A DNA stretch of 64,000 nt, taken from the NCBI GenBank assembly GCA_043772435.1, contig JAYVGH010000036.1, forward strand, positions 19,375-83,374. Reading direction: 5' to 3'. Every line of letters starts with the position of its first letter. Within the stretch, counting starts at the first letter, position 1. The translations under genes and the position numbers were made by a program. This stretch comes from Bacteroidota bacterium (GTDB lineage Bacteria; Bacteroidota; Bacteroidia; B-17B0; Aurantibacillaceae). A model generated the notes under the pieces. It saw nothing but the letters and a program-made list of their open reading frames with translations, was not told the origin of the DNA and did no database searches. Below are positions 1 to 9,383 of the stretch, one piece after another.

Positions 1-123
1 TGCATTAAAAACATCTATACTATAATTTTCTTTTGTTAAAAATTTTGAGAATTTTGCCCAACGTCTGCCACCAATACCTGGATTAGGTGGAAATGTATAA
101 CATATTAAAAGTATATGCTTCAA
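1..123 (-). CDS. Glycosyltransferase, N-terminal fragment (runs off left edge; not in ORF track)
   Basis: Manual translation from TTG at 123: LKHILLICYTFPPNPGIGGRRWAKFSKFLTKENYSIDVFNA. Same FPP..GGRRWAK start as the ORFs at 152..2446 and 8078..9316. Confidence 0.8.
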   Translation of the reverse strand, partial: MKHILLICYTFPPNPGIGGRRWAKFSKFLTKENYSIDVFNA

Positions 124-151
124 AGAAAAATTTTCATTATCAAACTGATTT

Positions 152-2446
152 TTAATTCATTTTTGTATAATCTGTTTCAATTTCATATTTTTGTTTTGCG
201 TGTGCAATAAATTTTTCAAAGCAATAAATATTATGTCTCGATATCATTTTTGGATGAGAAATAAAATGTAGAAAATCATTATAATTCAAAAATTTATGAT
301 ATGTACTTAATTTTACTGTTGTCATTAGTTCAATTGATGTCATTTCATAATTTTGTTTAGAACGGTAAATTTTTTCTGATGTTTCATCTATATTCATTTC
401 GTCATTAACACGTTTTGCTGATTTACCATCGCCATAACTTATATAATTTAATTTAAAAGCAATTTTTAAAAATAGTTTATTAATAAAAAGTTTAAAATTA
501 GTGAAGGGAATACTGGTTATAGTATATTCGGTAAACTTACCATCATTAGAAATTAAACTAATATCATCGTTAAATTTATAGATAGCTTGCTGTGGAAATG
601 ATTCGAAATTATAAAATGAATAGTTATGATTTAAACTAAAATTTTTAAGAACCGAAAAATCATTTTTTATGCCATATTTAATAAAATAAGGTTTAAAATC
701 GGTAAAGGGTTGAATACACCAACCTCCTGCTCTGTAACAATCAATATCATAATAAATAGCAGCGTCTTTTTGTATATTTTTAATTATATCAATTGAAAAT
801 TGAAAACTTTCATCTTGTTTTTGGCTATCAAGAGCATGAAAACGATATTGTCTTATGTCGGTTAAATGCCACCTATTTGTAAGTTCGTTATAAACTGCGC
901 TGTACCAATGTGCGTGTATATGTGGGTAAATAAAATGTCCGCTTTTTAAAATTTGCGTTAACTGTTCACGTATTCTTTGATAATCGAGTTGTGCTTTATC
1001 AGTATTAATAGTTTTTAAACGGTATAAATACAAAGTATCTACAAAAAAAACGGCATTAATAATATTTAATTTTTTTAAACAATCTAAAATAATATTTGTA
1101 GGTTTTAAGATACTATTATAGACCGACCCCGAGTTTTCTCCTAAAAATAACTCATAATCAAAAGTAAACAGAATGTTTTTTTTAGCTTTTGAATAATTTC
1201 TTACAAACGAATTATTTTTAGATAAAATATCGTTAATCTGAATACCAATATTTTTTAGTTCATATTTTGAGATATTGATATTACTGTTAAATTTAAAATT
1301 ATTTTTAGAATAAATCTCTAGCATTTTAGTGTCTAAATTAGTACCATCAACACGAAAACCTAGCGAATTTTTTTCAAGGTATTCGCTTGCATAACCAGGT
1401 TCAGAACAAATAATAATAGGCGTTTTTGTATAAAATATTTCAAAAAATTTTGTTGAAATATTATGTTTACCATAATTTGGTGTCATAATAAATACAAAAT
1501 CATAATCCGAAAATTTACTAAACAAATTTTTTATATTCAGTTGTGCAAATGTTTGAATATTGCTAGCACCATATTTTTCAATATATTTTAAATGGTGAGT
1601 TTTATCTGTATAAATATCAAAAGTAAATTTATCCTTGTGTAAAGCCAAAAACGAAATTACTCTGTCTAAAAAGTGTTCGATATTATGATAAATATTTCCA
1701 TAGTACACCAATCTTATTTTATTTGAGGAAGTTTTTACAGGGCTAACTAATTCTTCCGGATCGAAAAAATGAGTCAGTTCTATTATTTTATTTTTATAAT
1801 TTGGATAATGTTGGTGTAAATAGTTCAACATTTCCTGAGTAGGTACAGTTATTAAATCAGAGTTTTTTATTGTTTCTGCTTCTTTAAATTTTTCATAATT
1901 CATGCGCTTTTCTGACAAATCTGGAAATCCCCAATTTGGACCCCATGTCCAAGGGTCACGCATATCATTTAAAATAAAAATATTGTTAAACCATTTCCGT
2001 AACAAGGTAGAATAATACATAGTTCCAAAAGGACCACCAGTAGAAATAACATGCTTTATATTATGTTTTAAAATAATTTTTTTTGCAGTTTTTAATAATT
2101 TTCTTTTCCAAAAAATAGTTCTGTCTAAATAGGATCCTCTGGTTAAAAAAGGCAGAATAGTAACAAAGCATTTATATATAATCTTCTGTAAAAAATTATG
2201 ATTAAAATTAACCAGTACTTTTGGGTACATAGTTGGTAACTGATACAATATAATACTAGGATTTTTTAGCACACTATCTGTCCATAACGATTTTTTTTTA
2301 AAAGGATTACGTGCACAAATAACATGTACTGTATAGTTTAATTTTGTTAGCTCAATAGCATGTTTAGCCCAACGCCTACCACCTATGCCGTAATGTGGGG
2401 GGAAAACATAAGAAATTAAAAGTATGTGTTTAGAATTACTTTGCAC
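152..2446 (-). CDS. Fusion of GT-B (GT4-like) glycosyltransferase and C-terminal NodB/CE4-like polysaccharide deacetylase
   Basis: N-terminal SYVFPPHYGIGGRRWAK and DMRDPW GT motifs. C-terminal half has FTFDYE, HIHAH and YRAGGW deacetylase-type motifs. Confidence 0.7.
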   Translation of the reverse strand: MQSNSKHILLISYVFPPHYGIGGRRWAKHAIELTKLNYTVHVICARNPFKKKSLWTDSVLKNPSIILYQLPTMYPKVLVNFNHNFLQKIIYKCFVTILPFLTRGSYLDRTIFWKRKLLKTAKKIILKHNIKHVISTGGPFGTMYYSTLLRKWFNNIFILNDMRDPWTWGPNWGFPDLSEKRMNYEKFKEAETIKNSDLITVPTQEMLNYLHQHYPNYKNKIIELTHFFDPEELVSPVKTSSNKIRLVYYGNIYHNIEHFLDRVISFLALHKDKFTFDIYTDKTHHLKYIEKYGASNIQTFAQLNIKNLFSKFSDYDFVFIMTPNYGKHNISTKFFEIFYTKTPIIICSEPGYASEYLEKNSLGFRVDGTNLDTKMLEIYSKNNFKFNSNINISKYELKNIGIQINDILSKNNSFVRNYSKAKKNILFTFDYELFLGENSGSVYNSILKPTNIILDCLKKLNIINAVFFVDTLYLYRLKTINTDKAQLDYQRIREQLTQILKSGHFIYPHIHAHWYSAVYNELTNRWHLTDIRQYRFHALDSQKQDESFQFSIDIIKNIQKDAAIYYDIDCYRAGGWCIQPFTDFKPYFIKYGIKNDFSVLKNFSLNHNYSFYNFESFPQQAIYKFNDDISLISNDGKFTEYTITSIPFTNFKLFINKLFLKIAFKLNYISYGDGKSAKRVNDEMNIDETSEKIYRSKQNYEMTSIELMTTVKLSTYHKFLNYNDFLHFISHPKMISRHNIYCFEKFIAHAKQKYEIETDYTKMN

Positions 2447-3566
2447 TATTAAACTTAAACTTTAATATATTTAATAGTTTAAAATAATTTTTCCAAAGTT
2501 TTGTTTCCGTTTTAAATAAAGTGTGTGGGCGTTCCGATTCATTCATTAATTTATCAAAATCAGCTAAACTTAATCCTAGTTTTTTAAGTACATAGTCTTT
2601 TTCATTCAACAAATCATTTTCATTATAAAGTGGTTGTTTTAACTCAATTAAAGCTTGCTCTTTTGTAATTTGTTGACTGCAAATTAAATTTGAATAATGT
2701 GCTAATCGTTTATCAATACCAAAACGCGTAGGTAAAATATAGGCTTGATAAAATTTTGTGAAAATAGATTCGTAATGTTTGCCGCCATAATCACGCCAGT
2801 TTAATTTTTCGGAAATTAACTTTTTTGCTTCACCTTTATTGTATGGAATATAATTTAAAACTTGTATTGATTCTAATTTTAAGAACCAATGGTTGTAAAG
2901 TTTTTTGTAAAAACTGATATGAGGAAAGGATTTAATAGATTTTCCATTTCCAAATTTTTTATAAATATCTTTAATATTAGCCCAATCACCTTTATCAAAT
3001 ACCCAACCTTTTGGCATGATTGCTTCTGTAGCATAATTAAAGCCACTAATGGTATACTTTAATTTATATTTTTTTGCAATATTATAAATTGTCGCCATGA
3101 TAGCATGATCTGTTAATGCCTCAATATCAACTACACCTGCTTTTAAATATGCCAATTGCAATTCCTTAAATTCTTCCCAGTTAATTACATACGTGCTTAA
3201 AGAGTATCCTAATTTATTACAAATATTTTGAATATTTTCTGTTGCTAATTCGCTATTCCAGCCATTATCAAAGTGAACAACCAAAGGCCTTAATCCATTT
3301 TCCTTAGTCCAATTTGCTAAAAAAGTACTATCTACTCCACCACTAACTCCCAAAATACAATCAAATTCTTTTTTTAAACCACTAAGTTTAATTTCATCAA
3401 CTTTATTTTTTATCCAAAGTTGTTTCTGCTCAATATTGCCGAGTTTTGCAGTTACTGTATCGTAATATTCACAGTAGTTGCAAAGGTGGCTAGCATTGAA
3501 AGTAATATTTTTTACATTTTCTGCATTTAACAAACACCGAGTACAATTTTTTATTTTATTAATCAT
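2436..3566 (-). CDS. N-acetyl sugar amidotransferase (WbpG/WbuX-like, PP-loop)
   Basis: N-terminal CTRC...CNYC, PP-loop VSGGVDST, VHFDNGWNS, WRDYGGKHYES. Confidence 0.85.
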   Translation of the reverse strand: MINKIKNCTRCLLNAENVKNITFNASHLCNYCEYYDTVTAKLGNIEQKQLWIKNKVDEIKLSGLKKEFDCILGVSGGVDSTFLANWTKENGLRPLVVHFDNGWNSELATENIQNICNKLGYSLSTYVINWEEFKELQLAYLKAGVVDIEALTDHAIMATIYNIAKKYKLKYTISGFNYATEAIMPKGWVFDKGDWANIKDIYKKFGNGKSIKSFPHISFYKKLYNHWFLKLESIQVLNYIPYNKGEAKKLISEKLNWRDYGGKHYESIFTKFYQAYILPTRFGIDKRLAHYSNLICSQQITKEQALIELKQPLYNENDLLNEKDYVLKKLGLSLADFDKLMNESERPHTLFKTETKLWKNYFKLLNILKFKFNSAK

Positions 3567-3568
3567 TT

Positions 3569-4405
3569 TTAAATTGTAGTTTTTTTAATTACATTAGTGT
3601 CATAATTTATTAACGAGATGAAATTTTCTTTAATAAATTTAAGCTTGATTTTCAAATTTTGATTGCTTGATACAAGCTCAGATTTTTTTATCAAAATATC
3701 ATTTAAAAACAAAAAAGATTTTAATTTGTTTTTTTTCCAAATTCCAAATTGATTTAAATAATTAATAAAGCTATTATCAGCTTTTGAAGTAATTGAATCG
3801 GAATTTAACACTCGCAAATAAACCGGGTTCATTTTATTTGAATTAATTATTTTATGACTTGGTTTAAAATAAAAATGAAAGTCATTATGTTCATTTTCAA
3901 TTAAGCGTATTCTTTTTTTAAATCTTTTATAATCTCCCGTGGGGAAATTTCCTACTTCTGCAAATGCGTGTGAAGATTTTATGATAGAGGTATTAGGGAA
4001 CCAATATTTTATTAATTGCGATATTTTGCCATTATCCATATTCAAAAAGCTATGGTATTTATCAACATAAACATCACATGAAGTTTCTGCAAGCGTATTT
4101 AAAAGAAACGGATTAAATACATCATCATCATCTAAACGAATGATATAATTAAATTCCAAGTTATTATCCAAATAATATTGCGTTGCCATTTGAAGCTTTT
4201 CTTCTTTGTGTCCTTCAAAATCTAAATATATAAAATTATCATGGTGCGTTTCATTATTCAACGGAGTTCCTATTAACAGGGCTTTCCAGTTAGTGTAATT
4301 TTGAGAAATAAGTGCATTAAAACACAGCTTTCTTAAAAAAAGTCTGCTTTTAGTTAATGAAACGGGCGGAGATAAAGGAACAATGAAAAGAAAAGAGTTT
4401 GACAA
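3569..4405 (-). CDS. Divergent GT-A (GT2-like) glycosyltransferase
   Basis: SQNYTNWKALLI and IIRLDDDD (DxD) motifs; glycan locus context. Confidence 0.5.
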   Translation of the reverse strand: MSNSFLFIVPLSPPVSLTKSRLFLRKLCFNALISQNYTNWKALLIGTPLNNETHHDNFIYLDFEGHKEEKLQMATQYYLDNNLEFNYIIRLDDDDVFNPFLLNTLAETSCDVYVDKYHSFLNMDNGKISQLIKYWFPNTSIIKSSHAFAEVGNFPTGDYKRFKKRIRLIENEHNDFHFYFKPSHKIINSNKMNPVYLRVLNSDSITSKADNSFINYLNQFGIWKKNKLKSFLFLNDILIKKSELVSSNQNLKIKLKFIKENFISLINYDTNVIKKTTI

Positions 4406-4406
4406 T

Positions 4407-4811
4407 TTAAAGTTCTTTTAATTTATTTTTATAATAAGAAGTTGATAAACCATGGCTTCTATTTGTATAAAAAATTTCTATATTTAAGTTGTTGCCTGTA
4501 ATAGGTTTACCTTTATAGTCATCTCCTAAAAAACGAACGTTAATACTTTTTGTTTTTAAAATTTGTAACAATTCTTCTTCAGAATTATATACTAAAACCT
4601 CATCTACAAATTTGCAGCTTTCCAGTATTAATTTACGTTCAGTTATTGTAAAAAGCGGCGATTTTTTATCCGGGTTTATACTCTTATCAATATTTTCAGC
4701 TTTATTTAAAGCAACTATAAGGTAATCGCAATGCGCCTTGCATTCCTGAAGCATTAAAACATGGCCTACATGAAACAAATCGAAAATACCGCATGCAAAA
4801 CCTCTTCTCAC
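4407..4811 (-). CDS. Stand-alone cytidylyltransferase-family nucleotidyltransferase (TagD/RfaE-II fold)
   Basis: GIFDLFHVGH (HxGH), RFLGDDY, C-terminal RSHGLSTS. Confidence 0.85.
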   Translation of the reverse strand: MRRGFACGIFDLFHVGHVLMLQECKAHCDYLIVALNKAENIDKSINPDKKSPLFTITERKLILESCKFVDEVLVYNSEEELLQILKTKSINVRFLGDDYKGKPITGNNLNIEIFYTNRSHGLSTSYYKNKLKEL

Positions 4812-5729
4812 TTATAAATTATCTTTAATATACTTTTTAATATCATTTTCGGGTAACCATCCTAAAAGCGTTTTTGCTTTTTCTACATCGGCAAATGTTA
4901 TTTCTGATTCACCTTCTCTTTTTTCTATAAATTTAAAATCGGGAGAAATCATTTTAGCTAGTTCGAGTACTGTTATTGTTGAACCATTCCCGATATTAAA
5001 CGATGTATTTAATTTTTGGGAATGTATTGCCGCAAAGTAATTTGCTTTTGCAAGGTCATGCACATGTATAAAATCACGCTGCTGCATTCCATCACCCGTT
5101 ACAAGAGGCGGCTGACCCGTTTTATACCTGTGTAAGAAAATACCTACCACACTGCTATAGGCGTTAAATTTATTATCAGGATTAAAACTACGTGGGCCAT
5201 ATGGATTAAAATAACGCAAACAAATATAATTTAGAGGGTATCGTGTACTCAACAGTTCAAGATATTTTTCTACTTCATACTTTTGAAAGGCATATGGGCT
5301 CAAGCAATCTATCTTTTCAGTTTCAGGGGTAGGGATAGTTTCAGGAGTACCGTATATTGCACTAGAACTACTGAAAATAAATTTCGGAAAATTATTTTCT
5401 TTAATCATTAATTCAATTAAGTGCATTGAATTGGTAAGGTTTTCAGTAATATGTTCTGTTACAAATTCAAAACTCGGCTGAATTCTAGGTAAAGCCGCTA
5501 AATGAAATATACAATCATATTGTTTTAAGCTTTTCAAATTTCCGATAGAATCTTCTGTAAAAGAAAAACGAGAGTTATCTATATGGCTTTGTATATTCTT
5601 TTTATTGCCTGTACTAAAATTATCAATACCTGTTATATTCCAATTCGTTTTTTCAATAAGGTAATCCAATAAATTTGACCCAATAAACCCGGCAACACCG
5701 GTAATTAAAACATTATTTATTTTCTTCAT
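4812..5729 (-). CDS. NAD-dependent epimerase/dehydratase (extended SDR)
   Basis: ITGVAGFIGS, SSSSAIYG, YAFQK (YxxxK), LRYFNPYGP. Confidence 0.9.
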   Translation of the reverse strand: MKKINNVLITGVAGFIGSNLLDYLIEKTNWNITGIDNFSTGNKKNIQSHIDNSRFSFTEDSIGNLKSLKQYDCIFHLAALPRIQPSFEFVTEHITENLTNSMHLIELMIKENNFPKFIFSSSSAIYGTPETIPTPETEKIDCLSPYAFQKYEVEKYLELLSTRYPLNYICLRYFNPYGPRSFNPDNKFNAYSSVVGIFLHRYKTGQPPLVTGDGMQQRDFIHVHDLAKANYFAAIHSQKLNTSFNIGNGSTITVLELAKMISPDFKFIEKREGESEITFADVEKAKTLLGWLPENDIKKYIKDNL

Positions 5730-6240
5730 TAATAATATCTAAAATAGTATGTAAGATGGTTTGGTGGTAACATTCTACAATGCCATATGATGTTGAATTA
5801 AGATAAAAATTGATTTTACCTTTATTTACTAATTTATTATCACTTTTAAAACCAGAAAGTGTAATAACATTTTTATTAACGGTATTTGCATAATCAACCG
5901 CGTTATTGATGTTAGACGAATTTCCTGAACTGCTTATTGCTACAAGTAGGTCATCTTTTTTATAATATACTTTCAGCCATTCCACCATTGCGTATTCATA
6001 ACCATAATCATTAGAAAAACATGTGATAAGCGATGCATCCGTAAACGAAAAAGATTCATATTTTAAAACCTTGGCAAAGTCTTCCATTAAGTGCGAGCTG
6101 ATAGAATTAGAACCACCGTTACCGATAAAAAAAATACGTTTATGGCCTTGTATTAATTTAACCGACTCGAGTATTTGTTCGTCAATTGTTTTAGAATTTA
6201 AAAATTCTATAAATTTTTCTTTATAAGTATTGAGCAGCAT
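5713..6240 (-). CDS. gmhA: Phosphoheptose isomerase, SIS domain (GmhA-like)
   Basis: FFIGNGGS, ITCFSNDYGY, AISSSGNS, YGIVECYH. Confidence 0.75.
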   Translation of the reverse strand: MLLNTYKEKFIEFLNSKTIDEQILESVKLIQGHKRIFFIGNGGSNSISSHLMEDFAKVLKYESFSFTDASLITCFSNDYGYEYAMVEWLKVYYKKDDLLVAISSSGNSSNINNAVDYANTVNKNVITLSGFKSDNKLVNKGKINFYLNSTSYGIVECYHQTILHTILDIINEENK

Positions 6241-7090
6241 GGTTTAATAATAATTTTTTTGTGACAGATTTTTCATTGCATAACCAAGTTGTAGATAAAC
6301 TCGCAGCCAAAGACGGTAAATATAAAGTATTCTTTTCTTTTTTTAAATGCGACATTACGCAAGCAAAAGCGAAAAAAGTATCTCCAGCTCCAATTGTATC
6401 TACTACCGTTGTTTTAAAAGATGGATGTGTTTCTACAACTATTCCGTTTGTAAAAGTAGAGCCTGATTTGCCAGTTGTTACAAATAATTTTTCACAGTTT
6501 AATTCATACGAAAAAATTTCCAATATGTCTTTATCCTTCGGATTTTCTATACGTTTATTAACTTGTAAGCTTGCTTCCCGCAAATCAATGCATGCACTTT
6601 TTTTTCGCTTATTTTTCCATTTTGAGATTCGGTTAAATCCATAATTATTGGAATTTGTTTGGCACATTAAATGAAAGCCGTCAGTTATTTCTAACTTATC
6701 ACAGAAACCATGCCCAAAGTCAGCAACAATTACAATATCATAGTCAGCGGTGTTAACTGAAATGGTTTTAAAATTTTCAGTATCAAATTTATTAATCTCT
6801 ACATGTTTTTTCTTATCACCCACGTCCACATAACGCGTTTTCACTATCTCTCCTTTTGTATTTGTAATCACGTTAACTTCTTTCACAAAATCATATAAAT
6901 GATTGGCAATAGCTTGTGCCCCTCCTTGCTGAACTGTTTTTTCGCTTTCGAGTTGAAATACCGGGCAAAATGATTTCATGGATTGGCCTTCATAAGAAAC
7001 ATCGATAAATTCATCAATAATAGTTTCTCCAACCACCAATACTTTTAAATCTTTTATTTCTTCGAAAATTGTATTTAAATATTCTACCAT
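6221..7090 (-). CDS. PfkB-family sugar-phosphate kinase (RfaE/HldE kinase-domain-like, stand-alone)
   Basis: LVVGETIIDEF, GGAQAIANHL, VIVADFGHG, VVDTIGAGDTF anion-hole motif. Confidence 0.75.
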   Translation of the reverse strand: MVEYLNTIFEEIKDLKVLVVGETIIDEFIDVSYEGQSMKSFCPVFQLESEKTVQQGGAQAIANHLYDFVKEVNVITNTKGEIVKTRYVDVGDKKKHVEINKFDTENFKTISVNTADYDIVIVADFGHGFCDKLEITDGFHLMCQTNSNNYGFNRISKWKNKRKKSACIDLREASLQVNKRIENPKDKDILEIFSYELNCEKLFVTTGKSGSTFTNGIVVETHPSFKTTVVDTIGAGDTFFAFACVMSHLKKEKNTLYLPSLAASLSTTWLCNEKSVTKKLLLNHAAQYL

Positions 7091-7091
7091 A

Positions 7092-8081
7092 CTATTTATA
7101 AAGATACTGTTTTATGTATTCTAAAATTTGTTGTTCATTAAAAGCATATGCGATTTTTTTTTTGCTCAAATTTTTTCGGAACCTAATTGTATCAATTAAA
7201 CCTTTTATAGGAGGTTGACCATTAAATATTAATAAAACATTTGTATTTGAATAAATTCCTATATGAATGGCTCCTGAGTGTTGAGTAATTATAAGATTAG
7301 CATTACAACATTTTTCTATAATCACTTTATTATTTGTAGAAAGGCAGGCCTCTATATTTGCTTCGGAATGTAATTCAGTACTCATGCTTGGATGACCGGT
7401 TATATACACTTTATCAAAATAAGGTGATACTAGCCTTGCAATTTGGATATAGTCCCAAGGTCCGCCGTTATTTGCGGTAACGCCGTTCCCCTTTTTTCTC
7501 GGAAAAATAACGCAAGAGTTTTCAGTTGTTGTTTTATACACATTTCTAATATTGTAAACTGATTGCCTTCCTTTTTTTAATTGCCAGTTTCTAAAAATAT
7601 ACCAATACATATTAGTATCGGCAATATTTAAAAATGCTTTTTTACTTTTTAAAGCAATATCAAAAAATTTATCAATTTCTTTTTGCACATCAGTTGGAGG
7701 GATAGTTTCATTTGAACTGGACGGTACTTCTGCAAAAAAATCCCTAAGCGGATAATATTTATAGATAATAGAGTTTCTCTTTTCATCTACTAAAAATGCC
7801 TTATGCAATTCCATCCCACAATAATGAATTTTAACACCTTGCTGATGTAAATGGCTTAAAAATGGTAGGTTATGTAACAAAAAATGCCCGAATTCTCCTT
7901 TAAAAGGACCATAGAAGCATTCTTTATCTTTTAACGCTTTTTTATAAAATGTGCGAATGTCTTTATAGGCTTTAAGAACTATTTTTAAATAGTGTAGTTT
8001 GCCTAACACATTTAGTTTTTTTTGTCCATTCCACACTGTGGTGGCTTCGTTTGAAACTATATAGTCTGATTCTGAACTCAA
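7092..8081 (-). CDS. Divergent GT9 (heptosyltransferase-like) protein
   Basis: C-terminal ANLIITQHSGAIHIGIYSNTNVLLIFNG aligns by eye to the GT9 signature (A.L.I.NDSGPMHLAAA.G.P...LFG). Adjacent to the kinase and GmhA. Confidence 0.45.
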   Translation of the reverse strand: MSSESDYIVSNEATTVWNGQKKLNVLGKLHYLKIVLKAYKDIRTFYKKALKDKECFYGPFKGEFGHFLLHNLPFLSHLHQQGVKIHYCGMELHKAFLVDEKRNSIIYKYYPLRDFFAEVPSSSNETIPPTDVQKEIDKFFDIALKSKKAFLNIADTNMYWYIFRNWQLKKGRQSVYNIRNVYKTTTENSCVIFPRKKGNGVTANNGGPWDYIQIARLVSPYFDKVYITGHPSMSTELHSEANIEACLSTNNKVIIEKCCNANLIITQHSGAIHIGIYSNTNVLLIFNGQPPIKGLIDTIRFRKNLSKKKIAYAFNEQQILEYIKQYLYK

Positions 8082-9316
8082 TTTAATTCTTGCAAAGTAG
8101 TAATTAATTGGTTAGTATGGTAGGCAAACGTGTGTTTTGAAATATCGTAGGATTTGTTAGGTATATTGTTGCTTTTAAGGTTTTCAATTAATGTAATAAT
8201 GTTTTTCTTAAGGTTTTGAGATGTAATATGAAAACCAAGATTTTCCTTTTCAATAAATTCAGACACTGCCCCCGCATTGCCAAAATAAAGAATTGGTTTC
8301 CTTAAGGCAACTAGTTCAAAAAATTTAGATGACATAGCATTTACCCTATCCTCAGCAAGAATAAGTATAACATAATCCGATTGCCTAACTTCGTTAAAAT
8401 AATCTACCGAATCAATAAACCCAAATCGTTTAATGGCAGGATGATTGAGCTGTTTTTCATAACCTTTAAGAGAAACATAAAAGTTACACTTAAGATCTTT
8501 ATGTTTGGATAGCCCATCTATTAAAGATTTTATAAGTTCAAGGCTTTCCTCAATGCGGTGGTAAAAAGCACCACCATATGTTAACACCACTGTATTATTT
8601 TGAGTTAGTAGAGGTTGTGTAACCAATTCCATATCTTCATCGTCAAAACAATGGGGTAACAAAAAAATTCTTTTGTTGGAGATGCTTTTATAATACTCTT
8701 CCATTTCTTGATTAGGAACCAATATTAGGTCTACTATCTCCAACAACCTTTGTTGTTGCTGCTTTTCAAACTTAACTTGATTCGCGGTTAAACCCTGAAA
8801 ATCATCCTCCCAGTAGTCCCTGTAATCAATTATAAACTTTGTTGAAGGAAATTTTATTTTTAATTTAGGAATTATATTGCTGTAAAAAAATGGACCCATA
8901 CTAATAAGCACATATTTATAGTTTTCAACACTCATAAGGGTTTCCGCCTCTTTATAAAATCTATTTTCATTCCCTCTTGATACATCTCTGTAATTACCCC
9001 GTAACCACTTTTTTCTAATTTGCCAAATAATGTATGAAATTTTCCAATAAACTTTTTCAAAAAAACCCACGGGCAATTTTTTCATAAAAAAAGGATAATA
9101 CTTCCTTACCATTTTAAGCCGCTTTATGCTTTTTTCAAATAACATAATATCTTTATCCCATGCAGATTTACCAAAAAATGCTCCACAAAGTACATTAAAA
9201 TCTACTTTTTCTTTTTTTAGGTATTTGCAGTGTTTTGCCCATCGCCTCCCACCTACCTTACCATATGGTGGAAAATAAAAAGAGATGATAAGCATTTTTC
9301 CTAAAAAATGACTCAT
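8078..9316 (-). CDS. GT-B glycosyltransferase (paralog of 152..2446 N-domain)
   Basis: SFYFPPYGKVGGRRWAK, IIDYRDYW, SSKFFELVALRKPIL. Confidence 0.75.
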   Translation of the reverse strand: MSHFLGKMLIISFYFPPYGKVGGRRWAKHCKYLKKEKVDFNVLCGAFFGKSAWDKDIMLFEKSIKRLKMVRKYYPFFMKKLPVGFFEKVYWKISYIIWQIRKKWLRGNYRDVSRGNENRFYKEAETLMSVENYKYVLISMGPFFYSNIIPKLKIKFPSTKFIIDYRDYWEDDFQGLTANQVKFEKQQQQRLLEIVDLILVPNQEMEEYYKSISNKRIFLLPHCFDDEDMELVTQPLLTQNNTVVLTYGGAFYHRIEESLELIKSLIDGLSKHKDLKCNFYVSLKGYEKQLNHPAIKRFGFIDSVDYFNEVRQSDYVILILAEDRVNAMSSKFFELVALRKPILYFGNAGAVSEFIEKENLGFHITSQNLKKNIITLIENLKSNNIPNKSYDISKHTFAYHTNQLITTLQELN

Positions 9317-9383
9317 AATTTAATTTTATTTTATATAAATTACCATTATAATTAATGTAAGCCAAACCACAAACTAAATTATT

